Positions 10,119 to 20,750 of a DNA stretch of 64,000 bases are shown here, one piece after another. This DNA comes from Candidatus Poribacteria bacterium. Lineage in GTDB: Bacteria > Poribacteria > WGA-4E > PCPOR2b. Where the stretch lies: assembly GCA_965198175.1 (NCBI GenBank), contig OZ240245.1, positions 416,001-480,000 on the forward strand, read 5' to 3'. The notes beneath the pieces are model-generated. The model was not told where the DNA came from. It saw nothing but the letters and a program-made list of their open reading frames with translations, and made no database searches. Both the position numbers and the translations under genes were made by a program. Numbering within the stretch: the first letter of the stretch is position 1; each line of letters opens with the position of its first letter.

Positions 10119-10877
10119 ATGAGAACGCCAATCGTCACTGGTAACTGGAAGCTCTACAAGACAATCAGTGAAGCGGTAGAGTTTGTTATTGCGCTACGCG
10201 ATTTAGTCGCGGATGTTACCGATGTTGAGATTGTTATCGCCCCGCCCTTTACAGCCCTGTCGGCGGTTGCGAGAGTGCTAGAAGGAAGCAATATTCGACT
10301 TGCAGCGCAGGATGTGTTCTGGGAAGATAAAGGCGCGTTTACCGGCGAAGTTTCACCAGTAATGCTCAAGGAGTCCGGTTGTGACTATGCGATCATCGGT
10401 CATTCTGAGCGACGACAATATTTCGGTGAAACGGATGAAAGTGTCAATCGCAAGGCAAAAGCGGCACACATACACGGATTAAAACCGATTCTCTGTGTTG
10501 GCGAAAAACTTGAAGATCGGGACGCCGGAAACACTGGATTGGTCGTTGAAGAACACGTCATAAACGGAACCTCTGGCTTCTCCGAGGAAGAAATTCTGTC
10601 AACCGTGATTGCCTATGAACCTGTCTGGGCGATTGGCACAGGCAAAACGGCTAGATCGGATCAAGCGCAGGAAGTTCACGGTTTTGTCAGATCGTTGTTA
10701 TCAAGAATCTACTCGACCGATGTGGCAAGCCAAGTTCACCTCCAGTATGGCGGTAGTGTCAACCCAGGCAACACTGCCGAGTTGATGACGCAGCCAGATG
10801 TGGATGGGGTCTTGGTTGGCGGATCAAGCTTGAAAGTTGAGTCATTTGCACAGATTGTGAGAGCAGCAAACGGATAA
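10119..10877 (+). CDS. tpiA: Triosephosphate isomerase
   Basis: GNWK, GAFTGEVS, IGHSERR, AYEPVWAIGTG, YGGSV, LVGGSSL. Confidence 0.99.
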   Translation: MRTPIVTGNWKLYKTISEAVEFVIALRDLVADVTDVEIVIAPPFTALSAVARVLEGSNIRLAAQDVFWEDKGAFTGEVSPVMLKESGCDYAIIGHSERRQYFGETDESVNRKAKAAHIHGLKPILCVGEKLEDRDAGNTGLVVEEHVINGTSGFSEEEILSTVIAYEPVWAIGTGKTARSDQAQEVHGFVRSLLSRIYSTDVASQVHLQYGGSVNPGNTAELMTQPDVDGVLVGGSSLKVESFAQIVRAANG

Positions 10878-10895
10878 AGAAAAGAGAGGATTGTC

Positions 10896-11282
10896 ATGGG
10901 AATTTTTATCGGTTTTGTAATGGTTATTTTTGTACCCGTATGTATTTTGTTGGTAGTCATCATTTTGTTGCAAGATAGCAAGGGTGAGGGGCTATCATCA
11001 AGCGCGTTTGGTGCTTCTGAAGTACAATCAGTTTTGGGAGGTAGAGGGGCGGCGTCCTTCCTCTCCAAACTTACCACGTGGCTTGCTGTTGGATTCATGT
11101 TGATGTCGCTCTTTTTAATGCGTTTCTACGGTGATATAAAAAGTGGCGGATTGAAGCCGCTGGAGGTGGAAGCGACGCATACGGAAAACGCGATTTCCAC
11201 CGATGATGAGGATAATGAAACAGAAGCAGATGTAGCCATTGATGCCGCTGAAGCTGGTGACGCTGAATCCGATGGTCAATAA
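10896..11282 (+). CDS. secG: Preprotein translocase subunit SecG with acidic tail
   Basis: Two TM segments, ILLQDSKGEGLSSSAFG, FLSKLT; classic tpiA-secG synteny. Confidence 0.95.
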   Translation: MGIFIGFVMVIFVPVCILLVVIILLQDSKGEGLSSSAFGASEVQSVLGGRGAASFLSKLTTWLAVGFMLMSLFLMRFYGDIKSGGLKPLEVEATHTENAISTDDEDNETEADVAIDAAEAGDAESDGQ

Positions 11283-11346
11283 TCCGAATTTTCAGACATT
11301 ACGCTTTCACCTTTCGTATTGAGGTTTCAACTCTGAAAATCCACCA

Positions 11347-11763
11347 ATGTCCAATCAAGTAACTCCTCAAGAAAGTTGGACTGTCCACCCGCTCTGCGAC
11401 AGTTGGAAGCGATCATTAGTCTTGCTCCTTTTCCTCATCACTTTCTTCTCTAGCGTCTATTTTTTCTGGCGGTCTGTGTGGGTTACTCTCTTTTCAGCAA
11501 TCCTTCTATTGGGTTCTCTGTACCGATATTTCGTGCCATTCCGCTATGAACTCTACGCAGATGGCTTAGTTATCACTTCGCTGTTTTACCGAGTCACAAA
11601 GTCATGGTCTGACTTCCATAGTTTCTACGTTGATAGAAGCGGTGTATTACTTAGCCCATTCGCTAAACCCTCCCGGCTTGAGAATTTCCGAGGTCAATAT
11701 GTCCGTTTTGGATCCAACCGACTCGAAGTGATTGATTTCATCAAACGTAAAATTTCATCATAA
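11347..11763 (+). CDS. Conserved hypothetical membrane protein (2 TM + PH-like C-terminus)
   Basis: Two hydrophobic segments then P-x-x-YEL...W..F..F..D..GVLLSPF...SRLENFRG. Confidence 0.75.
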   Translation: MSNQVTPQESWTVHPLCDSWKRSLVLLLFLITFFSSVYFFWRSVWVTLFSAILLLGSLYRYFVPFRYELYADGLVITSLFYRVTKSWSDFHSFYVDRSGVLLSPFAKPSRLENFRGQYVRFGSNRLEVIDFIKRKISS

Positions 11764-11882
11764 AGATGTAAACGGAGGCAAATCACTGCCATCAAAGGTC
11801 AAGGCTGATGAAAGACCGTGAACCGATAAGTCCATTTCGGTAGTTAATCATTTCCTGATATTTCCCCCTCGCGATTTTGTGT

Positions 11883-11911
11883 TTGATTAAAAAATCTAGT
11901 TATGCTATACT
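11883..11911 (+). promoter_or_regulatory. Putative sigma70 promoter
   Basis: TTGATT-17 nt-TATACT with TG extended -10. Confidence 0.55.
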
Positions 11912-12046
11912 AAACAACCTAATTGAGCGACAAAACCCACAATAATTTCCATCAGCAGTGATGGGATCAACCGAGTGAATAACGAGGGCGATAGTCTTCC
12001 AAGTCGCCAAAGCTTTGAAGTTCCTGCTAAGGAGGTAAGGTCTCTA

Positions 12047-12838
12047 ATGATGAGTTTAAATGACTCTGTAAAGATGAACATAGCTGCTTTGCTTATACTT
12101 ATTTTATTCGTTGCCGGTTGCATGGGGGGAACAGCGTTAAAACACGAATCACCGGTTCATCCCCCTGAAAAACTACCTGAAGATATCGTGCTTGATGTAG
12201 ACAACCCTGACTTTTTCGAAATCGCTGCTAAAGGGCCAATACTCTCAATGACGCAGAAGGATATTACCGTTTCACTAACCTATTGGCGAAATGCAGATCT
12301 CAATTTCAAATATAATCGTGGGAGTTCAGTCTCACCTTTCTTTGAAACAGAAGCGCTTCATCAGGGCGATAAAACAGACGTCTTTTATGTCAAAATCGAA
12401 AACAATAGTCCCCAGAAGGTGGTCTTCAAGGTGCAGGGGAGACGCGCAAGAGATGCAGGCGGAGCGACGGCGATATGTGAAATTGCCGATATGCGAGAGA
12501 ATCGTTTCCCAGCGTTGAGCTATGTTGATTTGGAGCAACGTCTCAGATACATGAGAAAGGTCGGCGGGCTGTATGTCAAAAATGGACTCAGGATAGCGAG
12601 GCAAATCTTACTCGAGCGTCAGATTCCAGACAATGAAATACAACCGGGGACAAGCGCTGAAGGTTTTCTTCCATTTCAAGAGCTGAAACTAAATACCAGA
12701 GAGCTAGAAGTTATCATCCCGTTGGAGAAAGCACCGCCGGAAGGAACAGCAGGACGTTATCAGAACGTGGTTTTCAGGTTCCCCTTAGTACACTCCGAAT
12801 CGATTAGACACGCTCAACCTCCAACAACCAGATACTGA
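12047..12838 (+). CDS. Hypothetical lipoprotein
   Basis: AAGGAGGT RBS before ATG 12047; hydrophobic stretch ending in lipobox VAG-C. Confidence 0.75.
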   Translation: MMSLNDSVKMNIAALLILILFVAGCMGGTALKHESPVHPPEKLPEDIVLDVDNPDFFEIAAKGPILSMTQKDITVSLTYWRNADLNFKYNRGSSVSPFFETEALHQGDKTDVFYVKIENNSPQKVVFKVQGRRARDAGGATAICEIADMRENRFPALSYVDLEQRLRYMRKVGGLYVKNGLRIARQILLERQIPDNEIQPGTSAEGFLPFQELKLNTRELEVIIPLEKAPPEGTAGRYQNVVFRFPLVHSESIRHAQPPTTRY

Positions 12839-13296
12839 TGCTTGTATTATGTTATGAAATAGTTCATCTTCCATGTTGGCTAAACTAATCTTCTCTCCGA
12901 CCGGGTCTACGCTTTGTTTCGACGGGGGAGGCATGCTTGGCTAAATGTACAACTGAGGACGGATTGCGTTAAACAGAATTACGAAATCCCATCCTATTTC
13001 CGCTTGGACACCGAATCATTGAAGACATCAAGTGAAAGTATTGACCATCTCCTTTTCCGCCAGTAGCTTGAGGCATTTTTCCCCTATAGATTGAACCCCG
13101 ATAATTTCGCTTATCCTCGCTGTAACAAGTCTTGCTTTCAAAAGTAATCTCCTACCTGTTTTGATATCCCTTCAGATTCATTGACTTATTTCTTTCAATA
13201 GCGCTGTTCTCAGTAATCAAGATGGGCAGCTTTGCGTGCGCCACAAAAACCGAGTTGTGGCCTCCGCAGGAACGTCTCTCTTGAACGTGAATGGTG

Positions 13297-15063
13297 TCAA
13301 ACCTTGAAAATTTCTCCCAGACGATTCCCGAGAAAACGCCCTGCGACAATGAGACATGTCGTCAATATAAGCATCCCAACAACGCCCATTGCACTGGCAA
13401 CATATGCTCCCCCAACAGGGCGTTGCGAGAGCTTCCAGATGGCTTTGGTAATCGGGTAGAATTGATCGCGCATTGCAAGAATTAAGCTGTCAGCTACTTC
13501 CAACATTGAGAATGAGAATACCAAAATAGAACCAGCGATGATATTGGCAATCACCAGAGGAAGTGTAATCTTGTAGAGCGTATATGCAGGACTGGCGCCC
13601 AAATTCTGTGAGGCTTCCTCGTAAGTGACACTGGTCTGTTGAAGTCCAGCATAAATCGAGCGAAGCATATACGGCAATCGCCTCACAGCGTAGCTAATGA
13701 TCAACAACGCAACTGGGTTTTGGCGAGGGTCTAGCATTGATACGATTTGATTCGGGAGATGACGGAGAAGCAGCGTCGTATCCGCGAAGCTCCCGACATA
13801 GCCGAAGGCAAGCGCTACACCAGGAAGCGCTAAGGGCAACATCGCGATAGCATCGATCGAATTTTTGAAAGGGATGCGTTTACGGGTGAGCAGATATGAT
13901 ATCAAAATCCCAAAGATGAGCGCAAGTAAGGTGCTGAATGTACTGTAAAGCAAGCTATTTTTAATGCTGGGAAGGGTATCATTGTGAGTGAACACGGTTT
14001 CATAATGTTCTAGTGTGTAGCTTTGCGGCAAGACACTGAGGTTCCATTGACTTGCATCGGGGGTTAGAGACGACAACACCACGCTGATGTGCGGCAGCAA
14101 CGCCATGAGAATAATTCCCCCGACCAAAAAATAAATCACGCCACACATCCGCTTGTTTGCTTCGATTTCACGAGTGCTGACATGACCGCGTCCCAACATC
14201 GCATACTGTTTGTTGCTTGTATACCGCTTGGAAAGATAGAAAAAGATTGCTGTGAGTAAAATAACCAAAACAACAAGTGCGTATCCCATCGGGTTAACAT
14301 TTGCGTCGGTGACCTGCCGGAAAATTCGTACAGCGATAACTTCATTATAATTGAAGATTAACGGCGTTCCCAAATCGGTGAATGCCCAGATGAAAACAAG
14401 AATAGCGCCAGCGAAATAGCCGGGCAGCATGAGTGGCAGTGTAACCGTCCAAAGAAGTTTGAGACGCGAAGCACCCATATTTTCCGCAGCTTCCTCCAGA
14501 CTCCGATCCACGTTGGATAGTGCGGCTACAACGTTTAAATACATGATTGGATAGAGATGCAGGGTTGCTAGTAGCACTACCCCCCAAAAACCGCTGCCGA
14601 ACCAGTCAATTGGTTCGGCAAAATCAATTAGTCCAATCTTCATGAGGAAAGTATTCACGCTGCCATACGACCCGAAAAACTTCTGCATGCCAATCGCGCC
14701 GACAAAGGGCGGCATTATTATCGGAATCAGGATGACACCTTGCAGAGTGCTGCGACCGGGGAAGCGATAACGAGTCAAGAAATAGGCAAGGGGCAGACTG
14801 ATGAATGTTGAGACCAATGTTACGGCAATTCCAATCTTAAAGCTGTTAATCACCAGTTCACGTGTGTTTCCATCCGTAACTATCAGCTTAAAATACGATA
14901 GGCTCAGACGGTTATTGATCCACAAAGATTCTTTGAAAATGTAGAGAAGGGGATATATCAGGAATACGGTGAAGAAAAGAATAATTGGCAGAAGCAGGAG
15001 GAAAACGGAGGGATCAATTGAGCGAATAGCGAAGGCGATAGTCTTATCATGTTTGGAGGGCAT
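13297..15063 (-). CDS. Fe3+/thiamine-type ABC transporter permease (FbpB-like, two fused TM modules)
   Basis: ~12 TM; two EAA loops (LEEAAENMGAS, YEEASQNLGAS); DLGTP. Confidence 0.92.
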   Translation of the reverse strand: MPSKHDKTIAFAIRSIDPSVFLLLLPIILFFTVFLIYPLLYIFKESLWINNRLSLSYFKLIVTDGNTRELVINSFKIGIAVTLVSTFISLPLAYFLTRYRFPGRSTLQGVILIPIIMPPFVGAIGMQKFFGSYGSVNTFLMKIGLIDFAEPIDWFGSGFWGVVLLATLHLYPIMYLNVVAALSNVDRSLEEAAENMGASRLKLLWTVTLPLMLPGYFAGAILVFIWAFTDLGTPLIFNYNEVIAVRIFRQVTDANVNPMGYALVVLVILLTAIFFYLSKRYTSNKQYAMLGRGHVSTREIEANKRMCGVIYFLVGGIILMALLPHISVVLSSLTPDASQWNLSVLPQSYTLEHYETVFTHNDTLPSIKNSLLYSTFSTLLALIFGILISYLLTRKRIPFKNSIDAIAMLPLALPGVALAFGYVGSFADTTLLLRHLPNQIVSMLDPRQNPVALLIISYAVRRLPYMLRSIYAGLQQTSVTYEEASQNLGASPAYTLYKITLPLVIANIIAGSILVFSFSMLEVADSLILAMRDQFYPITKAIWKLSQRPVGGAYVASAMGVVGMLILTTCLIVAGRFLGNRLGEIFKV

Positions 15064-15209
15064 GAATTTTATTTGGGCGACTTATGCCAATTCTGTAGTA
15101 GCATAAACTTCTTGAGAAATTTGAGTCGCCCAGAAGACATAAACCTCACAGCGTCGCATGACATGGATGCGGTGTTGGGCGAACGCTTTGGAAATATAGT
15201 GACTATTCT

Positions 15210-16928
15210 CTATCTGGGCAAAACGGCGAGTTCCCGATTCAGGTTATACATTAACGCTCTACGGTCAAAATCGTCTACGAAGCCGTACAATCCGTAACGA
15301 AACGACCCGTCATTTTGAATCGTTTTGTCTTCAAGAGGGTCATATGCGAGGCTTTTCAGAAACTCATTTTTTTCGCCAATCCTTTGGGCAACAAGATTAC
15401 GCCGCTTAGTAAAATGCACGGCTTTCTCTAGCTGAGTTGGAATCGGTGCGGAAATATTCAGTTTATCCACCTTTTTCCTAATGCAATGTGTCTGTTGATC
15501 TTCGTGATTGACTATCAACCACTTGCTGCCTTTGTCTTCAATCGAGATAGTGACATTCTGAGGTAGCGGGATGCCATTGTTTTCAAACGCTTGTCGTAGT
15601 TTTTCTGAAATCTTCCGTTCATCCAAGTCAATTTGGAACTCCACCCCAATGCTGGCATGGGACTCTTGACGCGTCTGAAGGAATTTCTTCATTAAGTACC
15701 AACGCTTCGGACCGCCGTTATAGAAAGTATAGTCTGTCCAGTGGGACGGATTAAGATCCCGATCAAGGTTTAGTTCACTTCTGAGGAGCGTAGCGTTCTT
15801 GCCGTAAAAATTCATACATTCATCATATAAATGATAGGTCTCATCTCGTTTGAGGTGATAAGCTGCTAGAAAAGCGCTGATATGCGGGGCTTTAAGTAGG
15901 TTGATATAATATCTCCCCGTAGGGTCTTTCTTGGGATTATTGGTGCCTTTCAATTCCGCTTCCAGTCGAGCTAAATAGTTTTTCCATGTCAGCGGTTCAC
16001 CCGTCTCTAAATCTTTACCAAGACTAAGGAATTCAAGAAAGGGACTATATACTGGGGAATCTGGACTCATGATATCGCGGATTAACCCTGGTAGAACCGC
16101 CAAATTATTTTGTGCAATCCCAATATCATCGTTATTCACTCGGTTGTTATTGCGTCCCACTGCGATTTCATCGAAGTTTGATTCAATCTCAAAAATCCTC
16201 AAGAGCCGCAGTGGATCCACGTCAGCTACCTGCCCAGCGACAAGCGCAAATGGGAAATAGCGCCTGCCTTCAAACAGAACATGTCTCAACGTCATAGGGG
16301 AATAGCCGGGAACCTTGAGGTCTTTTTGATAGATTAGTTCATCTGTGGTAATTCCGTAGACCCTACGCTCTGTCTCCAGATCGAAATTATTATAAATTCC
16401 ATAAGCTTGTTCAATCGCTACCACGATTCGCTTCTCAAAGGTCAGTTGATATGACGTACGCTGTATTTCGTCGTAAACCACAACAGACTGCCTATGCCAA
16501 TCGCTTTGAGAATATCCAGATACCGCGAGTTCAATCAACTTCTGTTGGAGGTCCTTATCGGGCTGCGTAAGATGATTTAGGACATCATCAATTGCCGCGT
16601 CCTGTATTGTCTTTTGATTTGTTAGCGTAACAGCGAGCGTCTGATTATTTTTTAGATAATGCCAAACTGTATCATGGTTCTTAACGATACGATACCCAAG
16701 GAAAACGCCCAGTGCTGAAATACCTAGAGCAATTAATATAGAAACAAATAGCAGAGTTGTCCGACAAATCTTTTTCGCTATTGCCAAAAAGGAAGTTTTC
16801 GGCACAAATGGTGGAATCAATTGATTCAGGCAATCACTCATTGTTTTCTCATCTAAAATGAGTGGTTCGATTGGAGAAGGAGCCGACTTACGCCGGTCGC
16901 AATTCAATTTTCGCAGTGATATTCCCAT
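15210..16928 (-). CDS. Membrane-anchored lytic transglycosylase (SLT)-like protein with an inserted ~68-aa module
   Basis: N-terminal TM; IFEIESNFD (catalytic E-S), DIGIAQ (GLMQ-like), YNGGP (YNAG-like). Confidence 0.55.
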   Translation of the reverse strand: MGISLRKLNCDRRKSAPSPIEPLILDEKTMSDCLNQLIPPFVPKTSFLAIAKKICRTTLLFVSILIALGISALGVFLGYRIVKNHDTVWHYLKNNQTLAVTLTNQKTIQDAAIDDVLNHLTQPDKDLQQKLIELAVSGYSQSDWHRQSVVVYDEIQRTSYQLTFEKRIVVAIEQAYGIYNNFDLETERRVYGITTDELIYQKDLKVPGYSPMTLRHVLFEGRRYFPFALVAGQVADVDPLRLLRIFEIESNFDEIAVGRNNNRVNNDDIGIAQNNLAVLPGLIRDIMSPDSPVYSPFLEFLSLGKDLETGEPLTWKNYLARLEAELKGTNNPKKDPTGRYYINLLKAPHISAFLAAYHLKRDETYHLYDECMNFYGKNATLLRSELNLDRDLNPSHWTDYTFYNGGPKRWYLMKKFLQTRQESHASIGVEFQIDLDERKISEKLRQAFENNGIPLPQNVTISIEDKGSKWLIVNHEDQQTHCIRKKVDKLNISAPIPTQLEKAVHFTKRRNLVAQRIGEKNEFLKSLAYDPLEDKTIQNDGSFRYGLYGFVDDFDRRALMYNLNRELAVLPR

Positions 16929-17099
16929 AATCCTAATAAACGGTGATTATTGACGATTAACAACTTTAATTCGTTGATTCACGTTGATTGAAGGGAGAAT
17001 AATAAAATATTTGGAAAAAGTGGAAGATGAAAAATACTCGAAAATTCGTCCAATCTGTGATTGGGGTTTTTCGCTACCTACTCCGACTGGAAATTTTCG

Positions 17100-19271
17100 T
17101 CACACATTACTCGTGAAGAAAAGTTCCAACTGTTCAAAGGGAGATTCCAACTGTGCCGGCATCAGTTCGTTTACGAGCGATCGAAGTTGCTTTTCCCCGC
17201 CGGGAAGAGTATGTAGCTGTAAGTTTTGCATATTTAGGTATTGCTGAAGTTGCTGGATAAGAAATGTTTGCAGCCCGTTCCCTGATTCGTGCAGCTGTGA
17301 TGGAAGCAGTGCCGGAACGCAAATGCCGCTAATAAAGGTCTCAATTAGTTGGATATACTCATCAAGCTGCTGCGCAATCTGATTGTATTTCTGAGTAGCG
17401 TTATCGCGTACCTGCTTGTTGAAATCTGCGACGTCACGCCGAACAAGTTGAACGTATTCTTCGTTCCACTCGTTTTCAATATATTGTCCATTGTTGGTGC
17501 AAGTTCCTTTTAATTCCCCGGTAATTTTTGTGAGGCGATTCGATGTTGTATTCTTGATAGTCTTATCAATTTCAGCCGTCAGTTGGGCGAGTGTTCCAAT
17601 GAATTCACGTTCAAAAGTCCTGATATCGCCTGTTGGTTCATTTTTCATCAATTCCACAAGCTGATTGGAAATCTCATGCAACCCACGGGACTGCTTCAGA
17701 TGAAGTAGCACAAGTATGTAACTTGACTTTGCCAGGCTCAATGCAACATCGTAGGAAGAATAGAAAGTCTGGCTTTGAATGTCGTGGACTTCTTTTTGGA
17801 TTTCGAGCAAGTGTTCATAATAACTCACTTGCTCCCCTTGGATAGCGGTGTAAATGCCCGTGTTTGGGACTTCAAACGCTCTCTTTGTAAGAATTTCACG
17901 TTTATCATTGATTTCACGATGCCGCTGCATTTCATCCGCGTCTTCTAAGGCTTTGGCTAGCGATTCGATAGCTGGCTGAAGTCGATCGATTTGGATGCGA
18001 ATCGGCGGATAGGCATCATAGCGTGCATCCGTTGTGATGTTACGAATATTCCCTAGCACCTCGCCGAGTCTTTCTTCATACGCTTGATCTTCGAGCGGGG
18101 AGTATACTTCTTCTTTCTCCGATTCCACGCCTATCTCCTCGGAGAGGAATCTGTGCATAAATCGATAAAGATGCTCAAGTTGATTATCTTGAAGCAAACT
18201 CGCTTCTACGTAGAAGCAGAGTTTATCTTTGATAATTGTGCAGCTATCAATCACTGAGGCGCGGTCGAGGCTCAAGGCTGCCAAGCTAAGGTAAAAGAGA
18301 TCTTCCTCAAGTTCGGCAAAATGCTTTTCAAAAGCTAAGGCAATTTTTTCGTAGGCTTCATCGGAAATTGATTGACGGCGGCCTTGGTTCGCGATGGTCA
18401 TGTCATCCGAACGATGAAAATCACTAGCTTGTTGGCGGGTCTTCGTAATAATCAAAGGCGGATTGTCATCTGCTGAATGGCTGGAAGGTTTACGCATTGA
18501 CGATTGCTGGTTGTAAAGGTTAAGAGCTGCTTGATAGTGGCGTAGCAATTCGCCATCACCTAGTTCAATCAACAGCGACTCAATAGTGTTTTTCGGATCG
18601 ATGGAAATTCCTTCCTGTGCGAGCAATCTGTTAGATAACGCGGCGAATCCTTCTCCACCTAAATTCCGAAAAGGGCGCAGCAGATATGCGCGTCCATCCT
18701 CAATGTAGATTTTTTGCTTGCCAAGTGGAAAGCGGTTCTTGACGTGCCCGCTGTCGTTATCAAACCAGATTTCCATTGGGTAAGTCTTGTTGTAGACCTG
18801 AAAATTGATAGCTCCTTCCAGTAACCGATCGAACAAATCTCGACGGATGTGCTCAAGGTCATTAACGTCAATAAGGATTATCGAAGCGTTATCGTTCGTA
18901 TTCAGCTTTGCTTCAATGATTTTGTCATTTGGGACCAAATAACGCCGTTCGAAAAAATGAATGCCCGTAACGTTATCATTCGTGATGGCAAGCCTTGGAA
19001 TATCGTACTCATCGTAATAATAATATGATTTCCAACTGAGCGCACGACGCCTCATCTTCTCAAATAACTGGAAGGACAGACGTTCTTTGACTTTCCTTTC
19101 ACGTTTTGGCACTGAATCCGCCTCATACGGAACAAGCGCCCCCTTTGTATCAGGAACCTGTAAGCTGAGTTGTGGTAGCGTAGAAGCTTTTTTCTTACCT
19201 GGAAGGCGGGTGAGCGCTTTATCAATATATTCATTCCAATCAATCATCTTCATCTCCTTAAGCAACATCAT
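17100..19271 (-). CDS. Hypothetical protein, 723 aa, helical/coiled-coil C-terminal two-thirds
   Basis: Long clean ORF with AAGGAG RBS near start; no family recognised. Confidence 0.8.
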   Translation of the reverse strand: MMLLKEMKMIDWNEYIDKALTRLPGKKKASTLPQLSLQVPDTKGALVPYEADSVPKRERKVKERLSFQLFEKMRRRALSWKSYYYYDEYDIPRLAITNDNVTGIHFFERRYLVPNDKIIEAKLNTNDNASIILIDVNDLEHIRRDLFDRLLEGAINFQVYNKTYPMEIWFDNDSGHVKNRFPLGKQKIYIEDGRAYLLRPFRNLGGEGFAALSNRLLAQEGISIDPKNTIESLLIELGDGELLRHYQAALNLYNQQSSMRKPSSHSADDNPPLIITKTRQQASDFHRSDDMTIANQGRRQSISDEAYEKIALAFEKHFAELEEDLFYLSLAALSLDRASVIDSCTIIKDKLCFYVEASLLQDNQLEHLYRFMHRFLSEEIGVESEKEEVYSPLEDQAYEERLGEVLGNIRNITTDARYDAYPPIRIQIDRLQPAIESLAKALEDADEMQRHREINDKREILTKRAFEVPNTGIYTAIQGEQVSYYEHLLEIQKEVHDIQSQTFYSSYDVALSLAKSSYILVLLHLKQSRGLHEISNQLVELMKNEPTGDIRTFEREFIGTLAQLTAEIDKTIKNTTSNRLTKITGELKGTCTNNGQYIENEWNEEYVQLVRRDVADFNKQVRDNATQKYNQIAQQLDEYIQLIETFISGICVPALLPSQLHESGNGLQTFLIQQLQQYLNMQNLQLHTLPGGEKQLRSLVNELMPAQLESPFEQLELFFTSNV

Positions 19272-19671
19272 GTGACCCTTGATGCTGATTATTTGTCATA
19301 TGATTATGAATCTATAGAGTGTTGGCGTGCTGGGTAGGCGACGCTGCTATCAGCGACTTATTGTTGCGTATGCTTGAACCTGAAAGCGATATTATCACTA
19401 ACGCCTAGGAGCATGTTTGAAAAGTCGGCGGCAAAGCAATGTTTCTAGCCGTGCGGGGTCAGAATCATCGAATTCTCAAGGGATTGACCCGAACTTAACC
19501 CTTTCCAAGACGGATCTGGAATATCAAAACGGGCTGGAAGTAAAGCGATGGCGTGAACAACGTGACAAGAAGGTCAAATCTGTTATGAGCACGTGAGTCG
19601 GCTAGCTGAATATAGAGCTTGACCAACTGAAAAAACCGTACCGAGCATCCGTCTTGTTTATTTAAGCGTCT

Positions 19672-20750
19672 GCACTCAAAATGTAGTTTCATTTTGTGAA
19701 AAAATATTGTATAATTGAGTAGTATTAGGGCTATCATTAAACGGAGTAAAACGTAAGCAAAAACCCGCTCTTGGCACATCACGATTTCTGCTGTAGCACA
19801 CATAACATTTCGACAGATAGAGAATTTATTAAGGCGTAAACAATTTCCGTCAATTTAGGAAAACTTGGTGGCTGTATAGAAACATTTAAGGCTCCGACGC
19901 ACGCCTAAAACTCCAAATATTATAGCATAGCTTCACATGGAAAAAAATAAAAATAAACCCATAGTTGGTCGATGCCAACAATTAGTAATGAGTTACGACC
20001 CATCTGTGGTAAAGTTGCCTTCAGAAGAAGATTTAAAGAAGGCACTGTTACTGTTAGATTTGTTGGTAGGGGACTTCGAAAAATCCCTCGGCTTTCTAAA
20101 CCAATTGGAACACTTTGTTTCGCCGCCTCTCGATTTTAAGACGTTTCATAAGGAAAATGACGAATCTCATAGAAGGTACCAGAGAAATTACTGAAAGGGC
20201 ACTCGATAATTACCGCACTCATAATGTAGTTTCATTTTATGGCAGTATGTTGTATAATGAATAGGTTGAGGGCTGTTAATTTGAGTAAACCCTAAGCAAA
20301 AACCCGTTCTTGACACATCACGATTCACGTCTTAGGACACATGATTTCGGCAAATGTGATGTTTTATAAATGTGTTTTCAACAACCGTCAATTTCCAAGA
20401 AACTACGCCGAATAGACCAATTTAGAATTCCGGCGCATGTTCAAACACTCCAAATATTATAGCATAGCTTCACATGGAAAAAAATAAAAATAAACCCATA
20501 GTTGGTCGATACCAACAATTAGTAATGAGTTACGACCCATCTGTGGTAAAGTTGCCTTCAGAAGAAGATTTAAAGAAGGCACTGTTACTGTTAGATTTAT
20601 TGGTAGGGGACTTCGAAAAATCCCTCGGCTTTCTGAACCAATTGGAACACTTTGTTTCGGCGCCTCTCGATTTTAAGACGTTTCAAAGGAAAATGACGGA
20701 TCTCATAGAAGGTACCAGAGAAATTACTGAAAGGGCACTCGATAATTACC
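19672..20750 (+). repeat. Tandem duplication (~540-bp units 19672-20214 and 20215-20750)
   Basis: Both units begin GCACTC..ATGTAGTTTCATTTT and end GATAATTACC; 19911-20214 vs 20448-20750 differ at only ~6 positions. Confidence 0.95.
19937..20214 (+). pseudogene. Truncated, frameshifted copy of the 5' end of the gene at 20474
   Basis: Near-identical to 20474-20750; 1-nt insertion (T at ~20149) shifts frame; ends at duplication junction. Confidence 0.9.

Noticed and set aside
19400..19430. GAGCATGTTTGAAAAGTC resembling an IS/MITE end
   Set aside because: No matching inverted partner or transposase remnant found
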